A stretch of 64,000 nucleotides of DNA, taken from positions 768,629-832,628 of the forward strand of contig OZ241924.1 in assembly GCA_965203925.1 (NCBI GenBank). The letters run 5' to 3'. Made by a program: the position numbers and the translations under genes. Positions 20,938-27,545 of the stretch are shown here, piece by piece. The notes under the pieces are model-generated. The model was not told where the DNA came from. It saw only the letters and a list, made by a program, of their open reading frames with translations, and did not search any database. Source of the stretch: Bryobacterales bacterium (lineage in GTDB: Bacteria; Acidobacteriota; Terriglobia; Bryobacterales; UBA6623). Every line of letters begins with the position of its first letter. The stretch's first letter is position 1.

Positions 20938-21807
20938 ATGGATCTGGATTGGAGCTATCTCGCCGCCGCATGCGGCGGCGGCATCTTCGCGGCGGCGATC
21001 GGCACGCTTCCGTCATTCGTGTTCACGGGGCTGCTGGTGCTTGTGGGCTGCGCCGTGGCGGCTGCGGGGGGCGGGAGCGGGATGCTGGCCGACGTGGCCT
21101 TCGGCCCGGTGTTCGGCCCCCACATCGCATTCGCGGGCGGTGCCGCGGCGACCGCCTATGCCTATCGGCGGGGCTTGGTGCCAGACGGCCGGGACATCAC
21201 GGTGCCGCTGATGGGTCTGGGGCGTCCGGACGTCCTGCTTGTGGGAGGGGCCTTCGGCGCGCTCGGGTATGCGCTCGAAGCGCTTTGGCGCTTTGGCGGG
21301 CTGGGGCCCCGAACGGACACGATCGCACTGACAGTGGTCGTATCCGCAATGGTCGCCCGGCTTGCCTTTGGACGCAGTGGCCTCGCATCCGCGCGCTTCC
21401 GCCCGAGCGCCGAGGGCTGCTGGGTGCGGCACCAAGAGCGGCCTGCGCAGTTTGTCACCATCGGGCTGGGCGTTGGAGTGCTGGCGGGGTTTGCCGCCCT
21501 GAAGTTCGGCCCCTCTCACGGCGGGACCGTGCTGGGATTCGGCATCGCGGCCTCGTCGCTGGGATTCGCCCAATTCGGCCTCAAAGTGCCCGTCACGCAC
21601 CACATGGCGCTGCCGGCAGCCGCGGCGGCGGTGGCGTCCGGCGACCTTCTGGCGGGAACGGCATTCGGCGTGGTCGGCGCCGCCGCGGGGGAGGGGTTCT
21701 CTCGGGTGTTCCACCAGCACGGTGACACGCATGTGGATCCGCCCGCCGCGGGAATTGCGATCGCCGTCGCGATCGTCCGGGTGCTGTGGCCGACCAGCGG
21801 CATGTAA
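20938..21807 (+). CDS. Uncharacterised polytopic membrane protein
   Basis: 289 aa, almost entirely Gly/Ala-rich hydrophobic segments, with GPHIAFAGG, PVTHHMALPA and THVDPPA motifs. Upstream RBS (AAGGA). Confidence 0.7.
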   Translation: MDLDWSYLAAACGGGIFAAAIGTLPSFVFTGLLVLVGCAVAAAGGGSGMLADVAFGPVFGPHIAFAGGAAATAYAYRRGLVPDGRDITVPLMGLGRPDVLLVGGAFGALGYALEALWRFGGLGPRTDTIALTVVVSAMVARLAFGRSGLASARFRPSAEGCWVRHQERPAQFVTIGLGVGVLAGFAALKFGPSHGGTVLGFGIAASSLGFAQFGLKVPVTHHMALPAAAAAVASGDLLAGTAFGVVGAAAGEGFSRVFHQHGDTHVDPPAAGIAIAVAIVRVLWPTSGM

Positions 21808-21854
21808 CGGGCGCCCGGTGCCGCGCGGCCCGGGGCTGTATCATCAAGACTGCG

Positions 21855-23081
21855 ATGGCCGCACGGCTCAGGGTTAGCCTCATCTGCTCGGCGCTGCTGA
21901 TCACCATTCTGTTGGTGGTCGGCGCCGTTCTCGGCAAGAGCGAACAGCAGGAGGGCGCCTACAGGCCACTTGCTGTCTACACGGAGGTGCTCGCGCGGAT
22001 CAAGAGCGACTACGTTGAGGAGCCCGACATCGCCAGGGTCACGCAAGGAGCGTTGCAGGGCTTGGTGGAGTACGTCGACTCGGCGTCAAGCTATCTCACG
22101 AGGGAACAGTTCGGGGAATACGAGGTCGCTCTCGCCAACGCAGACGGCGGCACTGGGCTCTCGACCGGAATGGTTGTGCGCAAGCAGGGGGCCTACACGA
22201 GCATTCTGGCGGTCCTCCCAGGTTCCCCGGCCGACATGGTCGGCATTCGGGCGGACAGCCTGCTGGACGCGATCGACGACGTCAGCACGAGGGTGATGCC
22301 GCCCGCCTATCTGCGGGCGTCCCTAAGCGGGGAACCCGGGAGCAGCGTGAAGGTTATGGTTCGGTCGCCGGCCGACTACGAGTCGGCCATTGAGCACACG
22401 CTGGTCCGGGACGAAACGCCGCTTCCCGAGGTTCGGTCGAAGATGCTGGAGGACGGGATCGCGTACGTGGACGCTGACGCGCTGGGCGAGGATCACGTCA
22501 AAGCGATCGCCGACGCCATCGCGCAGCTGGAGGCTGAGGGGGCGGTCAAGCTGATCTTGGACTTGCGGGGCAATGCCCTGGGAGCCCACGAGAATGGGAT
22601 CGCTCTGGCGGACCTGTTCTTGGATACTGGCACGCTCGCGCGCCTGGACGGGAAGAACTTCGCCGAGAAGGCGTTCGAGGCCAGTCCTGAGGCTATGGCA
22701 GACGGCTTGAGAATTGCGGTGGTCGTCGATCGGCCGACCTCAGGAGCCGCCGAGATCGCGGTCGCCGCGCTGCAGGCGGCCGGGCGGGTTACGGTCGTTG
22801 GGGAGAAGACCTCTGGCCTGGCGGCGGTCCAAGAGACCTTGCGCATGGACGACGGGGCTGCGCTGATCCTGTCCGTCGCGAATTTCCATTCCCCGAGCGG
22901 GGACGTGATCCACGGGGAGGGTGTGACCCCGGACCGTGAGGTTTCCCAGCGCGACCTGCGGCGCTATCGAGACGTAGTGCACCGTGAGTTCGACAACTCC
23001 GAGGCCCGGCGCCAGGCCGAGGAGGGCGTGGGCGACCCGTTCATGGACGCCGCCCAAGCAGCGTTAGCGGAAGACGGATAG
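21855..23081 (+). CDS. S41 (CtpA/Prc)-like PDZ protein, apparently catalytically degenerate
   Basis: Signal/anchor, IKSDYVEE, PDZ (VLPGSPA), LILDLRGNALG, TSGAAEI, VGEKTSGLAAVQ, GEGVTPD. Confidence 0.85.
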   Translation: MAARLRVSLICSALLITILLVVGAVLGKSEQQEGAYRPLAVYTEVLARIKSDYVEEPDIARVTQGALQGLVEYVDSASSYLTREQFGEYEVALANADGGTGLSTGMVVRKQGAYTSILAVLPGSPADMVGIRADSLLDAIDDVSTRVMPPAYLRASLSGEPGSSVKVMVRSPADYESAIEHTLVRDETPLPEVRSKMLEDGIAYVDADALGEDHVKAIADAIAQLEAEGAVKLILDLRGNALGAHENGIALADLFLDTGTLARLDGKNFAEKAFEASPEAMADGLRIAVVVDRPTSGAAEIAVAALQAAGRVTVVGEKTSGLAAVQETLRMDDGAALILSVANFHSPSGDVIHGEGVTPDREVSQRDLRRYRDVVHREFDNSEARRQAEEGVGDPFMDAAQAALAEDG

Positions 23082-23361
23082 GGCCCGGAATTACGGCGAG
23101 GCTACACCCCACGGGGCCATGGGGGATTGGCTCCTGATTCCTCCGGACATGTCGAGTGTCCGCCCGCGCTTGGCCTGATGGGTCGTGCGTCGGCGACGTG
23201 CGCCGACCAGCCGGGCGGCCGCAGGGGCGTACGACCTCACCGATGAGGGGCGCTGGCGAGGGCTAACTGGATCGGCAGGCGGGTTCGCCAGCCGAACGAG
23301 GATGCGGCCACTCCCCTCCGAGGGCCCAGTAAGCCTCCTGCGGGGGCGCGTGCGGGGAGTG

Positions 23362-23694
23362 CTACTGCACGGGCCCGATCGGCCCGACGGTGCCCGGGTT
23401 GTCGATGCGGATCGTTCCGAAGGCCGACTCGTACTGCGCGATGTTCTGGGCGAGCACGACCTGCAGGGCCTTAGCCTGCTGGGGGCTCAGGTACACGCCA
23501 GAGAACGACGAAAAGGTTACGCGGCCCTGCTCCTGCATTCCCAGCCGTCCGAACTGGAGGAAGAAGTCCCACACGGAGACATTGACCTGAACGCTGTTTG
23601 CGTAGTCCTCGCGGTAGTCGTCGCGCCGGACAACTGTGACTTCAGGCGCCTGGGCCTGACCTTGAGTGCCGGCGTCCTTGCGCTTGCCATCCAT
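23362..23694 (-). CDS. DUF3467-like small protein
   Basis: YANSVQV...WDFFLQFG...VYLSPQQAKAL...NIAQYESAFG matches the DUF3467 pattern as I recall it. Confidence 0.75.
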   Translation of the reverse strand: MDGKRKDAGTQGQAQAPEVTVVRRDDYREDYANSVQVNVSVWDFFLQFGRLGMQEQGRVTFSSFSGVYLSPQQAKALQVVLAQNIAQYESAFGTIRIDNPGTVGPIGPVQ

Positions 23695-23745
23695 GTCTGT
23701 ATTATGCCGGGGCGGTCGCCGTCCCGGCGGTGGCAGGATAGTGGC

Positions 23746-25134
23746 GTGTTCGAACGGCGCCAGCGGCGGGCCGTGCTGCTTCTGTCAACCGCCGACGCGA
23801 TCCTGGCGCTGGCATCATTCGAGGCGGCCCGCGCCGTGCGAGTCGCGCTGCCGCTTAGGGAATTTGCCCTTGACGGGCCAGAGGCCGTTCTGGTACGCGC
23901 CTTCACACTGGCCGTCGTGCTGGGGGCCGGCCGCCTCACCGGTGCCTACGCGCGGCTGAGCGCGGACGAGCGGCCCCGCATACTGCAGGCCACTGTCCAG
24001 CAACTGCTTTGGGCCTCGCTGGCCCTGCTCACATGCCTGTACCTGCTGCATCTGGAGCCCCCGGTCAGCCGGCTGTTCCTGGCGCTGATGCTGGGCTTCT
24101 TGGGGGCCCTACAGCTGGTGCTCAGAGGGCTGGCCGACCGATTCCACGGGAGGTTCCGGAGAGTGCTGGACGCCCGGGCATCTGTGGTCGTCGTTGCTAG
24201 CGGAGGACACGCGCGCCGGCTCACCGAGGCACTGGAAGGGTCGCCCCGGCGGCGCGCCAAGCTGCTAGCAGTGGTGGACTGCGATGCTGTTGGCCCGGCG
24301 GGCGCGCGGCGTGAGCTGGAGCCGCTGCTGTTGCGGGACGTCGTGGACGAGGTGCTGGTAAGCGTCCCCAGCGAGCGCCTCCGAGACCTGGGCGACGTTC
24401 TGTCAGTTTGCGAGGAGCACGGCGTGACGACCCGCGTGGCAGCAGACTTCTTTCGGCAACGGCCCGGCCAACTGTATCTGGACCGCCTCGGGGGAATCCC
24501 GTTGCTGACCTTCTCGACGGCCCCCGCGGACGAGGCGCAACTTCTGGTGAAGCGGGCGTTCGACATTCTGTTCGCCGCCGCATGTCTGGCGGTCCTCTGC
24601 ATTCCGCTGGCAGCGGTCGCGCTGCTAGTCAAGGCCACATCGAAGGGTCCCGTGCTGTTTCGGCAGCGCCGCTGCGGCCTGAACGGGCGAGTCTTCACGT
24701 GCTTCAAGTTCCGTTCAATGGTGGTGGACGCCGAGGCCCGCCGAGCAGAAGTCGAGCACCTCAACCAAAAGGACGGTCCCGCCTTCAAGGTTCGCAACGA
24801 CCCGAGGCTTACGCCGACAGGTGGCTTCCTGCGCAGGTACTCGATCGATGAGTGGCCGCAGTTTTGGAACGTCCTGCGGGGCGAGATGGCCATCGTGGGC
24901 CCGCGGCCGGCCGTGCCTTCAGAGGTGCGACAGTACCGGACTTGGCAGCGGCGGCGGTTGCGAATGCGACCGGGGCTGACCTGCCTGTGGGCCATTCGCG
25001 GCCGGGACCAACTGGACTTCGAGAGCTGGATGCAGATGGATCTCGAATACATAGACCGATGGTCGCTGCTACTGGACCTGAAGATCCTGGCACTGACGGT
25101 GCCGGTGGTGATGAGCGGGCGGAACGCCAGCTGA
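23746..25134 (+). CDS. Polyprenyl-phosphate glycosyl-1-phosphate transferase (WcaJ/CpsE-type sugar transferase)
   Basis: Four N-terminal TMs, a CoA-binding-like middle, then KRAFDI, LFRQRRCG, KFRSM, DPRLT, SIDEWPQFWNVLRGEMAIVGPRP, PGLTCLW, DLEYID. Start estimated at GTG 23746. Confidence 0.9.
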   Translation: MFERRQRRAVLLLSTADAILALASFEAARAVRVALPLREFALDGPEAVLVRAFTLAVVLGAGRLTGAYARLSADERPRILQATVQQLLWASLALLTCLYLLHLEPPVSRLFLALMLGFLGALQLVLRGLADRFHGRFRRVLDARASVVVVASGGHARRLTEALEGSPRRRAKLLAVVDCDAVGPAGARRELEPLLLRDVVDEVLVSVPSERLRDLGDVLSVCEEHGVTTRVAADFFRQRPGQLYLDRLGGIPLLTFSTAPADEAQLLVKRAFDILFAAACLAVLCIPLAAVALLVKATSKGPVLFRQRRCGLNGRVFTCFKFRSMVVDAEARRAEVEHLNQKDGPAFKVRNDPRLTPTGGFLRRYSIDEWPQFWNVLRGEMAIVGPRPAVPSEVRQYRTWQRRRLRMRPGLTCLWAIRGRDQLDFESWMQMDLEYIDRWSLLLDLKILALTVPVVMSGRNAS

Positions 25135-25388
25135 ATAGGTTAGAGGGCCGCCCTTATTGAGTCCAGCATCCTATGCGCCCCGCTTACCCCCGCCTCGCTC
25201 TCCTCGACAGCGGCCAGATAGGGCACTTCGCCTCCTCGGCGGGGGGTAGGCCGAGCCTCGGCTCCGCCATGATTGCCGCCGCTTTGTCTGACGTTCTTCG
25301 TCCCCGCTCATGCGGCAGAACGCGTTCGAGCGGACCAGAGGCAATTGTCGGTGGTCGCGAATTCACTGTCTCTGCCGGCAGACCCTGC

Positions 25389-26579
25389 CTACCCGAAGCG
25401 CACGCAGAAGTCGCAGGCGCGCCCGAAACGCACTTTCTTTGCCGCCTTCTTGCAATGCCCGCAACCGTGCTTGCCGAAGAACCAGAGCGCTGGGTCAAGG
25501 GCGGCGCAAGTGCCCGAGATCCCCGCTGGTCCTCCGATGTCCGCCTCCGATAAGGCACTCATCCAAGTTTGTTGGATTATGGGCTTGGCCTTCCTAAGCG
25601 TCAGGTCGCGCGTCGGGGTAACTCCAAGATTCTCGGTAACCCGACGCACCTGAACATCCACCGCCACCGGGACGGTTTCGATCCGGTCAACTCTTGCACG
25701 CCCCGGATTCACCATCATGCGGATCCACATTGGGCCGACCTTTGGGCCGCGGAGCATCGGAAAACGAGCGCGGCCGCTGTCGTCGCGGGACATCTTGAGG
25801 TCCCGCAAGAGATCTTGGGCGTCACCAAGGCCAGCGTCAATCACCCGCGTCACTGGAGACTTGAGTCCGGAGGACAAGCTCTTGGCGATCTGGTGCCACG
25901 CATTGGTGTCGGGGGCGTGCCTCTGTGCGACCCGCGCATCCTTCAGCATCGTGCGGAGCACGTTGAACTCTAGCTCCGCCACATGATGTGGATCGAAGAT
26001 CTCAGGGCACTCTCCATAGAGACGCATCCCGGCGGACCAGAGTTGTGTGGCGTTCCGCGCCCGGTTCATCGCTGAGATGAACGTGAGGAAGAGGCGTGCA
26101 TCGCGCTCGTTCCCGCCAAGGGACCGGATGCGCTCCGCGTAGCGAACACTTGATAGGCGCGACGAATCCTGCCCTGTCTCGACCTCCCTCCCAGAGGAGC
26201 ACAGCCGCTGCACAGCCCCGACCTCGGGCATGTTGAGCCAAGATTGGCCCTCTACCCGAGGTGCACTCGTCGCCGAATTCGTGGCCTGTGTCGCTTCGGC
26301 CGCTCCCGCAGCCATGTCGCGCGAAGCCAAGTCGAGGCGGTCTCCGTAGAAGTCTTCCGCGATCAGCAGGGCGGTTCGACTGGCGCGGGAGTGGCCAGCT
26401 GAGGATCGATCAACCACCTTGCAGATCACGAGCAGTTCCCCCAAGCTGTTCTCGATACCAGGCCAGCTGGCGTCCAACCCCCGATATTCGTGCGAGTGGT
26501 CGATATACGTTTGCCCTCGCATCGCGCAGTCCTTCTGCGAGGCCATACGAAACGTAGGTTGCGCCAGCGTGGATCTCAA
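25389..26579 (-). CDS. Atypical HhH-GPD superfamily DNA glycosylase/lyase with C-terminal Cys4 motif (true start uncertain: 26579, 26315 or 26231)
   Basis: HhH-like RFPMLRGPKVGPMWIRM (Lys at the Nth catalytic position), VPVAVDVQVRRVTENLG (Nth-type AVD Asp), ALDPALWFFGKHGCGHC-x12-CDFC. Confidence 0.65.
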   Translation of the reverse strand: MRSTLAQPTFRMASQKDCAMRGQTYIDHSHEYRGLDASWPGIENSLGELLVICKVVDRSSAGHSRASRTALLIAEDFYGDRLDLASRDMAAGAAEATQATNSATSAPRVEGQSWLNMPEVGAVQRLCSSGREVETGQDSSRLSSVRYAERIRSLGGNERDARLFLTFISAMNRARNATQLWSAGMRLYGECPEIFDPHHVAELEFNVLRTMLKDARVAQRHAPDTNAWHQIAKSLSSGLKSPVTRVIDAGLGDAQDLLRDLKMSRDDSGRARFPMLRGPKVGPMWIRMMVNPGRARVDRIETVPVAVDVQVRRVTENLGVTPTRDLTLRKAKPIIQQTWMSALSEADIGGPAGISGTCAALDPALWFFGKHGCGHCKKAAKKVRFGRACDFCVRFG

Positions 26580-26913
26580 CCAGCATGTCTCGCAGCGACG
26601 GAACGCGACGCTTCAATTCATCCAGTACCCGTGCTGACCAGGCCCTCCGGGCCGCAGGCCGAAGATCCCTGAGCGCTACGTCGTAGGGATCGATGCGTTC
26701 GTCAGGGTTCAGCAATCCGTGTTTCGCGCTGAGGATGTACCATGGGCAGCCCACGCTCTCCGCATAGGCCCGTCGCCAGCGCCAGAGGGGTGAGTTGTAC
26801 AGATCCTTCGCCGCGTTTCTCTCCGGATGCTTGCCCTTAACACACCCGACCAGCGCAAGGTCGGGCCGCTGCCACGACACAGTCGGAGGCTCCAGTTCTT
26901 CAGGGCAGCTCAT
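26410..26913 (-). CDS. DUF6884-like protein
   Basis: ALVGCVKGK...AAKDLYNSPLWR...WYILSAKHGLL.PD..IDPYD..L...VEIHAGATY...PL..GVGRQLAWY, the pattern I recall for DUF6884. Start at ATG 26913 or further upstream (27069). Confidence 0.7.
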   Translation of the reverse strand: MSCPEELEPPTVSWQRPDLALVGCVKGKHPERNAAKDLYNSPLWRWRRAYAESVGCPWYILSAKHGLLNPDERIDPYDVALRDLRPAARRAWSARVLDELKRRVPSLRDMLVEIHAGATYVSYGLAEGLRDARANVYRPLARISGVGRQLAWYREQLGGTARDLQGG

Positions 26914-27545
26914 TCTGAACCAAATCGGCCCAATGCGCCGATTGCAATGCAGTTCGCGCCGAGGCTGGACGTCTTCCACTTCGCAAACGGGTGAGGGTAA
27001 TCGCTTCCTGGCTGGCTCCGCCCCAAAGCAGGTCCATTTTCCCCTCCGCAGCGTCACTCGCCACGCCATCTCGAGGATATCCCAACAGGGGCAATTCGCC
27101 CCGGAGTTGCAACGTCAGCTCACGTCTCCATTCGGTGACGGCGTCTGGCGTGGGCACGGCTCCGGGGGCTTGGCTCGTACTTGCTTTCACTCCCGCAGGG
27201 CGGGTTCCGGCCACACCCCGACATTGGGAGGGATCTGCTGCTGGGGCACGCTTGGCGGGCCGGGGGCTAGCCCACGATACGGCGGCCGTCACGTCCTGCG
27301 AGAACGGGAGAGGCCCTCCTTGCGGCGGCGAGCGCTCGATGGCCCTAGGGTCGGACGATGCTCGCGACCCGTCGTTTTCCCGTCTGTCAACAAGCACGAG
27401 CATGGCCAAGCTGTGGCTCCGGTCGTCGCCATTCAGACATCGAACTGCAAGTGTCCGACGATCTCTATGTAGTCAGGATTGCCCGGCCGTGGGGCTGTCC
27501 GCAAGGCCCCTTGGTATGCTCGTAGGCAGTCAGGATGGGCGCTGA

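Noticed and set aside
23185-23745. N-terminal 187 aa of the 649-aa ORF
   Set aside because: Overlaps the opposite-strand DUF3467-like gene; sugar-transferase features begin only near 23746.
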